A stretch of 64,000 bases of DNA from a virus (Duplodnaviria > Caudoviricetes): the IMG/VR virus record IMGVR_UViG_3300032219_000688, positions 511 to 64,510 of that record; one strand, written 5' to 3'. How positions within the stretch are numbered: position 1 is the first letter of the stretch; every line of letters starts with the position of its first letter. Position numbers and translations under genes: made by a program. This document shows positions 19,801 to 30,785 of this stretch, piece after piece. The notes beneath the pieces were generated by a model. That model saw only the letters and a list, made by a program, of their open reading frames with translations, ran no database searches and had not been told where the DNA came from.

Positions 19801-22800
19801 GCAATTATAAATGAAATTGAAAAGAATCCTAAACTATTAGAAAAATATGGATATAAGATAGATAAAACTTATGGACCAAGCGTTGACCTAGGTGGTCTAA
19901 AAATTTCAGATAAACTTATTCAACATTTACTTAAACAAGGGTATGTTGGATATTATGGTGGTGCAACTGTTAAAACAAATTGGCGTACTGGCGAAAAAGG
20001 TTTTGGACTAGAATCATTTACACCTAACATGAATAGCGTTTTGGGTTATGCTAATGGTGTATTCTCAGTTCCAGGACCAAAGGGTGCTGGAGATGTAGTT
20101 CCTGCAATGCTATCTCCTGGTGAGGCTGTTATTCCTGCAAAGCAAGCAGCGAAGCACCGCCCTATGATTCAGCAGATGATTGCTGGTAATTTGCCAGGCT
20201 ACGCTAAGGGTGGAATTATTCCTGGGTATGAGGATGGCGGTATTGTTCAAAAATTTAGTATTGGTGGATGGGCTAAAAAGTTGGGTAGCAAAGTAGATTC
20301 TGTTGGTGAAAAACTTCAAAGTAGTTCTTTGTGGTCTAAATTTGCAGATAAGATGCTGGGTGTTGATAGCACACAAGAAAAAACTCTAAAGATTACTCAG
20401 GAAAATCTAGAAGAAGAATTGTCTTTATCAATTAAGAAGTATGATAGAGCACTACAAGAAAACAAACAGTTAAGAGCAAAAGTTCAATTAGATGAAAAAG
20501 ACCAGAAGAGACTTCAGGAAAATGATGAATATATTGCTAGAAAAGAACAAGAATATCTAGAAAAAAACAATATGACAGTTAAAAAGCCTAAAGGTCTTAA
20601 GTCATTAATTACTAGAAATGAGTTTACAGGAAAAGCCACAGGAATGATGTATGGTGCTTCTGGTTTGGCTGGTTTGCTAACTCAGGTTCCTGGTGATGTT
20701 GGTAAGGGTGCTCAAGCAGCACTACCTGCTATTGGTGCTATGACATCTGCTATGTCTATGATTCCTGGACCTGCTGGTATGGTTGTTGGTGGTTTGTTGG
20801 CTGTTGCAACAATTGCTGGACAGTTAGATGCACATTTTAAAGCGTTAAGAGAAGAGGCTGCAAAATCTGTAAGAGCGTTAGGTGCATCAAATGAAGCAAT
20901 GAAGGGTTTTGCGGAATTTGCTAAAAAGGTTAGTTCTAAAGAAATTATGGATAAAAGACGTGAAGAGGCTACTGGAAGTTTCTTCTTTATTAAGCCAGGT
21001 AAGAAAACTTTTGGTGAGTCTTTTATGGAGTCAGAAAAAGGAAAAGAGTTAACCACAGCAACAGCAAGTGCTCTGAAAAGCCAGGACACAAAGTCAGCAG
21101 CAGCGTTAATTACATCTCAAATGTCTACTGCTATTATTAGTGGTTTGCTAACTCCAGAAGAGGCACGAAGTGTTGTAGCAAATCTTGGAAAACAAATTAA
21201 GAATAGTTCTTTTGCAATTGACATCAATTCAAAAATAACATCGTTCTTTGGACCTGATGGGAAGCCATTAGATTTTGCAAACAATACTATTAAGGTTGCT
21301 ATGGAAGCAGTAGTTGCTGTATCAGACGATAGACCTACTGGAACTCCAAATGATAGTGCTACTAGTGGCGGTGCAGTAAATGAAGCAATGATTTCTGCCA
21401 TGAACAGCATTCAGGCTGCCCAAGATTCCTTGGCTCTAAATAAAAAAGCAACACAGGAAGACAAAGATGCTTTGGCTGAAACTAGCAAAACATCTTTGCT
21501 AGATATATTTAATAAAATTCAGTTTTCAAATAACAAATCTAACCTTAATGAGTCTGCTATTACAGCGGTAGAGGCAGCATACAAAGGTAGTGGTTTGGAA
21601 GAAAGAGCAAAAGAAGTTGCACAAAGAGTTAAGAATTCCGATAGTTTGTATGACCAAAGCCAAGAAATTTTTATAAATCAAATGATTGCATCAAAAAATC
21701 TAGGTGTTACACAGGGATTGACAGCAACTAATTTGGGTATAGGTGGAGCAGACCTTGTAGAACTTTTGCAAACAAATGCTGCAGCAACTAATCAGTTACT
21801 TTCAGTTGCTGGAACCATGTCCAAAGAACAGGGTCAACTTCTTGTAACCTCTCAAAAAGGAAAAACTTCTGAGGAAATAGCCTCTGCTGCTAGTGCAGTT
21901 GGTTTAGCACAAAAAACAACTGGCGTATATGAAATGGATGACGCACAAAGACAATCTATTTTGGAATACTATATCAGTGAAGAAGGATTAAAGAAAGCAC
22001 AACAATTAGATAAACAGTTTGCGGCATTGGATAAAAAGAAAACAATCACTATTGAAACGATTATGAATGCTTCTGGAAATAATACTGCATTAACAAATGC
22101 CTTAAAGGGAGATAACCTAGTAAAGTTTAATAAATATTTTGACAAACTTAAAGATAAAAAGAATAAACTAATATACACAACAGAATTTACTTCGTTAATA
22201 AATATTCCAGATGCTAAACTAAAACCAGCAATTATAAATTATATTAGCGAAAAGTATAAAGATTTGAAGCCTAAAGATATGAGCGATACAGAAATTTTAA
22301 AATTCAAGGTAGAGTATGCTGCATATGAGGCAAATAGAGTAACAGATGCAGGAGCGTTGCAAGACTTAACAGTAGACCCTAATGCAGACACAGGTGCTGA
22401 AAAACAAGGTCCAGACCCATCTATCCTTGACCCATATGTTAAGATGCTTCGTGAAGGTGCTAACTGGCAACAGAAACTAACTGTTGGTTGGGATGCTTCA
22501 TACAAGGCTATTATGAGATATGGAAAAGCAGCCATTACACAAATGTCTGGTGTGGCAGCCCTTATGAAGCAATACGGTGCTGATACTGGAATTATTAATG
22601 ATTTCTTGGGCGGTACCCCAGAAGAACAAGACAGAATCATTGATAAGACTACTGGAAAACTTAGAGCAGGAGCAGGAATCCTTATTGCTAAGATGAAGCA
22701 AATTAAGGATATGCAAGAGTTTGGTCTTTCATATGTATTAGCAACAGCAGCAGAACGTATGGCTAAAGACAATGAGTTGTATCAGGCTGGTCTTGATGTT

Positions 22801-24399
22801 ATTGGTAATAAAGAAAAGAAGATTAACGACAAGTATGACAAACGCATCAAGGCTCTTGACGAGATTGGCAAACTTCAGGATAAAAACAATCAGCAACAGC
22901 AGGATACTCTTACTTTGGCTGACGCTCTTTCTAAGGGTGATATAGCGGCTGCTGCAAGAGCAGCAATGGCAGCAAAACAAAATAATCAAAAGCGAGCATT
23001 AGAAGAGGCAAAAGAAAGTATTGAACTTGCTCGTAAACAAGAACTTGCTACTGTTACTACAACAATTTTGGGAAAGACCGTAACTCGTGCTGACCTAGAA
23101 TCACAGATTGAAGTCAATTCAGGAAAGATTGCTGAACACAAGCGTATAGAACTAAACCGTCAGGTTGAGATTGGAAAGAATGCACTGATTGCTGCTAAGG
23201 CTAGTGCAGAACAACTTGCTAACGGAAAGGCTATTGCTGGTCTTCCAGGAGCAAATGGTAGTGGTCCTACTACTGGTGGCGGAACAGACCCTAAGAAAAC
23301 CCCACCTGGAAATAATCCACCTAAAAATAATCCACCTGCTTTTAGTCTTACAAATTTCCAAAGTGCAGAAAAGGCAGCAACTGTTGCTGGTCTAACGGAA
23401 GCCAAAGGTAAGGCAGAGGCAGCAGTAGAAACAGCAAAAACTGCAATTACTAAAAAATTTAAAAGTGTTAGTTTATTAGAACTAAATACAGCACTAAAAA
23501 GTGGTAATTATCAAGAAATATATAAAAATCTAAAACCAGCAGAGCAAAGCGAATTTGTTTCAATGTTTAAAGACTTGCAAACAAAAGAAACTAATGTAGA
23601 TAAATATACTCCTCAATATGGTGGAGACATCACAAGTAGTAAAGCAGGTGAAGAAGCAAAAGCAGCAATTAAGGATACAATTCCACAGGCTGTAAAAGAT
23701 GCAGCAAGCCTAATTATTACAAATGGTAGAACTGGTCAATTTGGAACGTGGACTGCAGACAAGCAAGACTATGATAACGCAAGAAGAGCCTACAAAGATA
23801 AACTTAAAAGTATGGGTCTTGAAGGGGTTAAGTGGGAAAAAATAACTCCAGAAAATCAGGAAAAATTAAAACCTCAATATGACGCATATCAGGCACAAGA
23901 AAAAGAAGTAAGAGACAAGTTAAAGGCAACAAATGATGCAAGAAAAACTTTGATATATTTTATGAAAAAATTAAAGGTCACTGGAGAAGCAAATAAGGTA
24001 AAGTTTTTAAATCAATATTTTGGAACAGCCTATGACATATTTGAAAACGATAGTCTCAGACCTGTTGACGGTACAAAAGACTTTATGTCCTGGAAACATT
24101 ATGCTATGGGTGGTATGGTTGCTCCAAAGGGATATGCTCGTGGTGGTGGTATTTACGGAACAGATACAGTACCTGCTATGCTTACCCCAGGAGAATTTGT
24201 TATGCGTAAATCAGCGGTAGACCAAATAGGTTCTAAAAAACTAAATGCTATGAATAGAGGAAACGTAGGTTCGGATTCAGTGTATAATTATAGTATTACA
24301 GTCAATGCAAACTCTTCAGATGCCAGCGATATTGCAGATGCAGTTCTTAGACAGATTAAGAGAGTTGACTCACAAAGACTTAGGAGCAATGTTCTATAA
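13858..24399 (+). CDS. Tape measure protein (~3,513 codons), interrupted by one in-frame TAA at 14182-14184
   Basis: The ORFs 13858-14184 and 14203-24399 are in the same frame, separated by TAA plus six sense codons. TP901-type core (KNTQWAGRQLMVGFT, FLNAVENQT, EGANALKSGLA), TM-like segments and C-terminal GTDTVPAMLTPGEFV. Confidence 0.92.
15856..16020 (+). repeat. 55-aa direct repeat, copy 1, in TMP
   Basis: YANGVSMVPGPAGAGDIVPALLSPGEAVIPAK...MIAGNLPGFEDG; 40/55 identical to copy 2 by manual alignment. Confidence 0.95.
16201..16911 (+). other. Atypical kinase-like (HipA/PI3K-like fold) domain embedded in TMP
   Basis: Gly loop GVGGIY, VFVK lysine, AE helix, DKDLGVGN catalytic-loop-like segment and ADVG. 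Confidence 0.55.
18157..18600 (+). other. HAD-superfamily phosphatase domain (PNKP 3'-phosphatase-like) embedded in TMP
   Basis: Motif I FDVDDT (D at 18172), motif II LMTAR, a conserved K and motif IV FYDD, in the correct order and spacing. Confidence 0.85.
19561..20000 (+). other. ADP-ribosyltransferase-like domain embedded in TMP
   Basis: IHRS ... GPGLYTS ... DYAG ... LLKQGYVGY resembles the H...GxGxY[TS]...Y...GYDG pattern of PARP-like ART domains. Confidence 0.45.
20047..20211 (+). repeat. 55-aa direct repeat, copy 2, in TMP
   Basis: YANGVFSVPGPKGAGDVVPAMLSPGEAVIPAK...MIAGNLPGYAKG. Confidence 0.95.
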
Positions 24400-25007
24400 T
24401 GGCAGATAGTGTATATTTAGCAGGTAGGAAAAAGTATCGTAGACCACAGGCTATGCTATGGTCAGATGCTCCGCCAGTTATTTCTAACAATGTTTATGTT
24501 CCGCAGGGCTATGAGGTAAACCAAATAACTGCTGGAGATGATTTCATTGTTCTATCTGACCACAGTAGAAAAGACATATCTTTCAAACCAGAACGTATTG
24601 AAAAGCGTGAACGTATGATTAATGGTCGTATGCGTTCATACCACGTTGCTGACAAACTAACTATTTCTACATCTTGGGATATGTTGCCATCAAGAGCATT
24701 CAGCCTTGACCCACAATTCAATGACTCAACTGGTGCAACAACAACATCAAACCTAACACAATACACCGTAGACGGTGGTGCAGGTGGTAATGAACTACTT
24801 GACTGGTATCAAAACCACACAGGTTCATTCTATGTATTTCTAGCATATGACAAGAAAGGTAACTTTACATCTAATCAGTATAGCCACCTAGCAGAATACA
24901 ATGAAGTAATTGAAATGTTTATTTCTAGTTTTGACTATAATGTGGTAAAGCGTGGCGGTACTAATTACGATTTTTGGAATGTGTCAGTAACGCTGGAAGA
25001 GGTATAA
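24399..25007 (+). CDS. Distal tail (Dit)-like protein
   Basis: 202 aa, directly after TMP; ends WNVSVTLEEV. Confidence 0.6.
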   Translation: MADSVYLAGRKKYRRPQAMLWSDAPPVISNNVYVPQGYEVNQITAGDDFIVLSDHSRKDISFKPERIEKRERMINGRMRSYHVADKLTISTSWDMLPSRAFSLDPQFNDSTGATTTSNLTQYTVDGGAGGNELLDWYQNHTGSFYVFLAYDKKGNFTSNQYSHLAEYNEVIEMFISSFDYNVVKRGGTNYDFWNVSVTLEEV

Positions 25008-28000
25008 TGTACCAGAACACTAGTCTACAAAACTATTTAGAGCAATCATCTTCTGTTAGTTTGCAATCATTGGTTGTGGCAGAATGGAATCTAAACTTTT
25101 CAGACAACATTTTAAGACTTGGAAACTATAGAAATAGACCAGGAAGTACATTTACTGGATTGACTGCAACAATTACGTCTGGACAAAACACAGTTACTGT
25201 AGCAGATACATCTGTATTTTTAGTTGGTCAACTACTTACAAAAACAAGCGGTACTGGTGTATTCGGAGCAAGCCCAGTTGTTACTCAAATTAATTCAGCG
25301 ACACAAATAACGGTATCAGTCAATCACGTTACCAGCGGTGCCATCACCTTTTCAACTAGTCAAAATCCATACAAATACATAAGCACAGAAACTATTTCTA
25401 CAAGAAATGCAGGATGGTTTGGTGCTACAGATTCTGAACTAGTTGTCAATACTGGACTAAATACACAAACATCAAAGCCAACAACCTTTATGAGTAAGAA
25501 TGAAACAGAAAGAATTCTCTACTCTTTGACAGACTGCATATCTAGATTTAGACCACGTTCTGGAATTAACAAGATTAGATATTTTAAGAATAACTATCTT
25601 AATTTCTCAGATGAATATTTATTCTTGCAACCAAGATATTATCTGTCCTCAAAAGATGACAAGTTTAAGTACTGGAGTTCTTATAGAGTTGAGGGTAGCA
25701 AATATCTAACATCAATTGCTCTAACTGGAACAGCAACTGCTGGGTCAACTACACTAACAGTTTCTTCAACTTTAGGACTTGTTAAAGGTCAACCTATTAC
25801 ACAAACAGGCGGTACTGGAACTTTGGGAGTTAATCCTATAATTCAAGATATTTATCCAGAGTTGCTTCAGATTGTACTTTCTGTGTCAAGTCTTGCATCT
25901 GGAAGCATATCTTTTACCGCTAATGATTTTACAGCGGTAGAGAAAGGCATTGCAAAAAATAAAAAGACAAGCGGAGAGTTCTATATTGAAGATGCAGCAC
26001 CATTTGTTGTCTACGACAAACTAGTTCCTGCAAATAGGCTTGTTGTAAAGATGCAGACACACGCAAGCGACTTTGACCGTGGAAGTTTTACAAGGTCAAC
26101 AAACTCTACTTTTTCAGACCCATTCTATGAAGACCCATCAAATACAGGTGCTTTAGTAAATCAAGAAACACCAGAAGACTGGAAGATTCAGTATCTTGAC
26201 TCAAACGAAGTTTGGCAGGACGCTAAAGTATTTACAAGTTCATCTACAAGGTCAACAGGAAAAAGAATTGTTGGCTCTGACGGATATGTAGAACTTGCTT
26301 ATGGAATTACCAATACGTTGCCAGAAGGATTCAGAGACCTTGGTCAGTATCCATCTCAAGCATCTTTGCCAGTTAGTGCAAACATAGGAGATGCCTACTT
26401 AGTTCCAGGAGCAGGAACAGGTGTATACTACGTTTGGGATGGAACTGACTGGACAACAGACCAATTTGTTCCAGTATATGGTTGGTATGTAAAAGAAGAA
26501 GACGAAACTCTTCAGACATCTAAAGTAAATAATTTAACATCGCCAGACTTTTACGGAACGCCAACAACTATTTATGACGCTACATATAGAGAGTTTCAAT
26601 TTATCAAGGGTATTAGGGTTGTAGTCAATACTATGAGTAAGAGAGATGCAATATTTGAACTAATAGAGATGTCTCCTAGACTTGTTGCAAATTTCTCAGA
26701 CAGAACAAAAGAATACTCTATTACAAAGATAGCGTCAGATATTGGAAACACTGGAATTCCAGTAGGAGAACTATCTGCTGCAACAGGAAACCTATCATTG
26801 TTTGACTATGACCAAGCCTTCAATCCATACAATGAACTTGTGCTGTCTGGCGGAGATATCACAGGAAGTATAATTTACAACATCAACTCTAAAAATTTGC
26901 AGTTTAAGTTTTATGAACAAATTATAGACAACAGAACTACAACAATTCAAGACTACTTTGTTCCCATTAAAACAATGTATGTAGATGGTTTTCCAAATGT
27001 AAGTAAAGAAGACAGGTCACTTAATCTAGACCTCAGAGACCTATTCTTCCACTTCGAATCTATTACTGCCCCAAGTTTGCTAATGCAAAATGTTAAACTA
27101 AGTAAAGCAATTGCCACGCTACTAGATAACATAGGATTCTCAAACTACAAGTTCTACAGGAATGAAGATGAAAAAGATGACGTTATTCCATACTTCTACA
27201 TTGCCCCAGACACTAACGTTTCAGATGTTCTTAATGACCTTGCTAAATCTACACAGACAGCCATGTTCTTTGACGAATACAATAACCTTATTGCAATGTC
27301 AAGAAACTACATAATGCCAACATCAGAACAGAGGGCAACAGACATAGTACTTTATGGAACTAGGGACTTCCAAAGGGATAATGCTTTCAGAAATGAGTAT
27401 AACAATCCGTCAGCCACCAACTCTCAGTTAGCAAATATCATGTCCCTGACATCAGAAGACAATCAGATTTTTAACGGTGGTAAGGTTACTTATTCAAATA
27501 AATATATTCAAAAGTCTTATGGAACAATTAAAGAAGCGTCTTTCTTGAATAGTGCTCAATCATTCAAATACAAGCCTGTCCTGTTGTGGGAGGTATCTGG
27601 AACAGACATCCTAAGACCAACTAACGAAGAAGTTGGTAATCAGTCTAGTTATGCTTTAAGTGCTTTACCACTAAACACAACCCTGCCAGGAACATTACCA
27701 ACAGTAAGCAGCGGAAGCATCATAGACAACATCATTGACTTTGGAGAATCAATCTACTGGCTAACCAGATATGAAGGATACCTTTATGCAAATGGAGAAA
27801 TCATAAAGTATAAGGGAGTTGAACATGCTGTTCAAGGTAGCGTTATTTCTGGACTAGAGGCAACACTTACTTCGTCACAAAACTATTTTACTCTTACTAC
27901 TGGAAATATCTATAACCTATCTGTTGGTCAAGTACTAACAAAAACTAGCGGTACTGGAGCATTTGGTGCACAATGCAAGATTACAGGAATAGATAGAAAT

Positions 28001-30289
28001 AGAAAGATAGTTACCGTATCAGTAAACAACGCTACAAGTGGAAGCATCGTATTCTCCATTGCTCCAGAAACAACAAACGTTTGGATTGAAAATGTAGATG
28101 ACTATCAAAAGTATTTTGCAAAAGTTAAGTTTAATGGAAAAATTTTCCCAACAGGTAGAGTAAAGATTTATGCAGAACCAGACTTTAATGCAAATGGAAC
28201 TATCAAAGAAGGTACTGTTGCAAAGCATGGAAGAATGCAATTCGGTACTGGAGTATACGACCCAGTAACAAAAGCACTTGTTCCTGCAACACATTCAGTA
28301 TTAGATTCTTCAAATGAATGGCTCCAATCAGCAAACGCAAAAGCATTTGCAATGAAGTCCGAATGGTTGTTTAAAAATAATCACGAATATACTCAGACTA
28401 AATACACTCTTACAAGCGTGACAGGGTCGGGTTCTCAGAAAGTAATTACTCTTACTTCTGGAGATACTAAAGGTATGAAGGTTGGTTGGCTTGTAAGTGG
28501 AACCAACGTAGCGTCAGACAGCGTTATTGAATCAACAACAAATACAACTATTACTTTAAATAAAAATTTAACTGGTAGCGTTGCTGGTCAGACAATTACT
28601 GTTGTAGATAGGAAGATAGAAACTCTTTCCGTTGCAAGCATAGGTACACTAACTGCAAAACCAACCACAAGCGGAACAACAAAAAATATGTTTGACACAT
28701 CATACTTTACTGAAGCACCGTCTACTACAACAACAGATAAAGTAAAGCCGAATGGCTCTATAAAGTCTTCAGCATTAATCATTGACGGTGTTAAAAAAAC
28801 AACTGGTAATTCAAATGACTATCTTTCATATGTTTTTAAAAACTATTCTGGTTCGGTACCATCAGCAAATGTTTTTGGTACAAGAATGAGAGTTTTGGGA
28901 AAGCGAACAGAAAACGATGATGACAAGAAAACCTTTAACCAAGAAGCAATTGGTGCAGACATCATAGACAGTCCTAGCGATAAGAAAAACATCTATGGAA
29001 CTGGAGGCGGTATTGCCATTAACCTAGACACAACAACAAATACCCACACAGGATACTACTTTGAAATCCTAGCACTAAGCAGAGAAAGCATATCTGAAGA
29101 GTCTGGAGAAAACAAAAACTCTGAAAATATTCCAAATCTTTACTTCTATAAAGTTCTGAAAGATGCTACCAATAACGTGGCAATTCCAGTAACCTTGTGG
29201 TATGGAACTGCACCAATTCTTGTTGACGATGGCTCATTCCCTGGCATAGGAAAAATTGTTGGTAAAGAAGTATCCACAGTATACGACCTGTGTGTAAAAA
29301 CAGAAGAGGTTTCAGATGGAAGAAACTTCCACCTATACATAGACAATAAATTAGTAGCAACTGTTACAGATACAGACCCAATACCAGTTACCCAAAATAC
29401 CAAAAATATTGCTTTGTTTGTTAGAGGTGGCGGTAGTTCAATGTTTGAGCATGTCTACGCAATACAAGATAATCAATTTAATCAGTTTGAAAAGACATCT
29501 TCTCCACTGTATGCACGAGTAGAAACAAAAGAATCTTTTAGTTCTGAAGCATGGAAGAAGTATCTCTTAAATCCAACCGTCATAGATTCGTACCTAAACG
29601 GTATTGGTGCAGCCACTCAGAAGACTAAAGAACTTTACTATGAGGAGTTTGGAACAATTATGAGAGAGTGCTCTTACTTCAATGTTAGGTATGACAAAGC
29701 ATATCCTGCACTTTATTCTCAGATATCTCCAACCTTTAACGAGCAGCAAGGGTATGTTGTTTCTGGATTTAGGGCTAACCCATATGGAGCAGAGTTTTTG
29801 GTTTTCAACGTAACTGATTTTGCACTAAACCTAGATGAATCTAGTGGAAACTATTTGAGAATCCAGGGTATTACATTCACACAGCAATCTGCTCACGACC
29901 TGACAGTAGAAGAATACTTTACCAACGCCAGTAGCCTAAACAACTACAATAACTATACTAAACTAAATAGCAAGTATGTAGATATCCAGAATAGCGTAAG
30001 CACATATGGAAGAAATGATTTTACAATTGAGGGAACATATATACAAAATATAGATATGGCAACATCTCTAATGGACTGGATGGTAAATAAGGTTATGGTT
30101 CCTAAGAAGTCTATTTGTGTTGAAATATTTGCAAACCCAATGATTCAGTTGGGTGACATAGTTACTATTGACTACGAGATTGATGGCATACAGCAACTAC
30201 CAAACTCTAGATTCGTTGTCTATCACACTGAGTATAGCCGCAGTTCTAATGGACCATCAATGACTCTATACTTAAGTGAGGTGCTATAA
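25007..30289 (+). CDS. Large tail-tip/baseplate hub protein with four internal ~70-aa beta modules
   Basis: Likely start ATG 25007 (TAATG overlap). C-terminal ANPMIQLGDIVTIDY is typical of tail-associated hub proteins. Confidence 0.7.
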   Translation: MYQNTSLQNYLEQSSSVSLQSLVVAEWNLNFSDNILRLGNYRNRPGSTFTGLTATITSGQNTVTVADTSVFLVGQLLTKTSGTGVFGASPVVTQINSATQITVSVNHVTSGAITFSTSQNPYKYISTETISTRNAGWFGATDSELVVNTGLNTQTSKPTTFMSKNETERILYSLTDCISRFRPRSGINKIRYFKNNYLNFSDEYLFLQPRYYLSSKDDKFKYWSSYRVEGSKYLTSIALTGTATAGSTTLTVSSTLGLVKGQPITQTGGTGTLGVNPIIQDIYPELLQIVLSVSSLASGSISFTANDFTAVEKGIAKNKKTSGEFYIEDAAPFVVYDKLVPANRLVVKMQTHASDFDRGSFTRSTNSTFSDPFYEDPSNTGALVNQETPEDWKIQYLDSNEVWQDAKVFTSSSTRSTGKRIVGSDGYVELAYGITNTLPEGFRDLGQYPSQASLPVSANIGDAYLVPGAGTGVYYVWDGTDWTTDQFVPVYGWYVKEEDETLQTSKVNNLTSPDFYGTPTTIYDATYREFQFIKGIRVVVNTMSKRDAIFELIEMSPRLVANFSDRTKEYSITKIASDIGNTGIPVGELSAATGNLSLFDYDQAFNPYNELVLSGGDITGSIIYNINSKNLQFKFYEQIIDNRTTTIQDYFVPIKTMYVDGFPNVSKEDRSLNLDLRDLFFHFESITAPSLLMQNVKLSKAIATLLDNIGFSNYKFYRNEDEKDDVIPYFYIAPDTNVSDVLNDLAKSTQTAMFFDEYNNLIAMSRNYIMPTSEQRATDIVLYGTRDFQRDNAFRNEYNNPSATNSQLANIMSLTSEDNQIFNGGKVTYSNKYIQKSYGTIKEASFLNSAQSFKYKPVLLWEVSGTDILRPTNEEVGNQSSYALSALPLNTTLPGTLPTVSSGSIIDNIIDFGESIYWLTRYEGYLYANGEIIKYKGVEHAVQGSVISGLEATLTSSQNYFTLTTGNIYNLSVGQVLTKTSGTGAFGAQCKITGIDRNRKIVTVSVNNATSGSIVFSIAPETTNVWIENVDDYQKYFAKVKFNGKIFPTGRVKIYAEPDFNANGTIKEGTVAKHGRMQFGTGVYDPVTKALVPATHSVLDSSNEWLQSANAKAFAMKSEWLFKNNHEYTQTKYTLTSVTGSGSQKVITLTSGDTKGMKVGWLVSGTNVASDSVIESTTNTTITLNKNLTGSVAGQTITVVDRKIETLSVASIGTLTAKPTTSGTTKNMFDTSYFTEAPSTTTTDKVKPNGSIKSSALIIDGVKKTTGNSNDYLSYVFKNYSGSVPSANVFGTRMRVLGKRTENDDDKKTFNQEAIGADIIDSPSDKKNIYGTGGGIAINLDTTTNTHTGYYFEILALSRESISEESGENKNSENIPNLYFYKVLKDATNNVAIPVTLWYGTAPILVDDGSFPGIGKIVGKEVSTVYDLCVKTEEVSDGRNFHLYIDNKLVATVTDTDPIPVTQNTKNIALFVRGGGSSMFEHVYAIQDNQFNQFEKTSSPLYARVETKESFSSEAWKKYLLNPTVIDSYLNGIGAATQKTKELYYEEFGTIMRECSYFNVRYDKAYPALYSQISPTFNEQQGYVVSGFRANPYGAEFLVFNVTDFALNLDESSGNYLRIQGITFTQQSAHDLTVEEYFTNASSLNNYNNYTKLNSKYVDIQNSVSTYGRNDFTIEGTYIQNIDMATSLMDWMVNKVMVPKKSICVEIFANPMIQLGDIVTIDYEIDGIQQLPNSRFVVYHTEYSRSSNGPSMTLYLSEVL
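25151..28609 (+). repeat. Dispersed ~70-aa beta-module repeats (about 25151-25360, 25711-25924, 27844-28066, 28405-28609)
   Basis: Consensus resembles ATxTxGxxxxTxxxxxxLxVGQxLTKTSGTGxFG...T.I...VSV....SG.I.F. Copies 1 and 3 share GTTGGTCAA.TACT.ACAAAAAC.AGCGGTACTGG at the DNA level. Confidence 0.85.
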
Positions 30290-30762
30290 TGGCTGGTAAA
30301 GATGCAAAACCACCAAAGAAAACGGTTCTAGGTTACAATAAGAAAGAACCAGTAAAAATTGCTACATCAAACCTATTTATAGATACAGATGATGTTCCAG
30401 TTGACTACATGGTTGGTGTAATCTTTGAGGAGATTGGTGGACAGGAACTAATAAGCCAGTCATCGGATTCTATTTACAATAGTAACTCATCTGAAATCAG
30501 CAACATTTACGAGGTATCTGAAAGATACAGTCCGTTTAATATCTTAAACATATCTGACGGAATGCTATCTACCCTGGGAAACATAGATATTAATTTAAAC
30601 AGTTATCTTCCACAACTAGATTTAAGTCTAAACGCAAATTTTGAGATAGACAATCCATCAGCATACATAGATTCTAACTGGAAAAATCTCATAATTGAAT
30701 TTGAGGATGCTGCGGAAGACTTCTATGTCGAGGTAGAGATTATATCCTGGGACACACCCTGA
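30289..30762 (+). CDS. Hypothetical tail-module protein (157 aa)
   Basis: TAATG-coupled to the hub gene. Confidence 0.65.
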   Translation: MAGKDAKPPKKTVLGYNKKEPVKIATSNLFIDTDDVPVDYMVGVIFEEIGGQELISQSSDSIYNSNSSEISNIYEVSERYSPFNILNISDGMLSTLGNIDINLNSYLPQLDLSLNANFEIDNPSAYIDSNWKNLIIEFEDAAEDFYVEVEIISWDTP

Positions 30763-30785
30763 TATGCTATAATTAGATAGATACC

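Larger units (their letters stand above)
16912..20241 (+). repeat. Short linker repeats [LMY]A-x-GG-x-x-PGY-x-x-G in TMP
   Basis: LAEGG 16912-16926; MAKGGMVPGYAEGT 18088-18129; LAKGGVIPGYSGGT 18601-18642; LAKGGIIPGYAKGT 18988-19029; YAKGGIIPGYEDGG 20200-20241. Confidence 0.9.
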
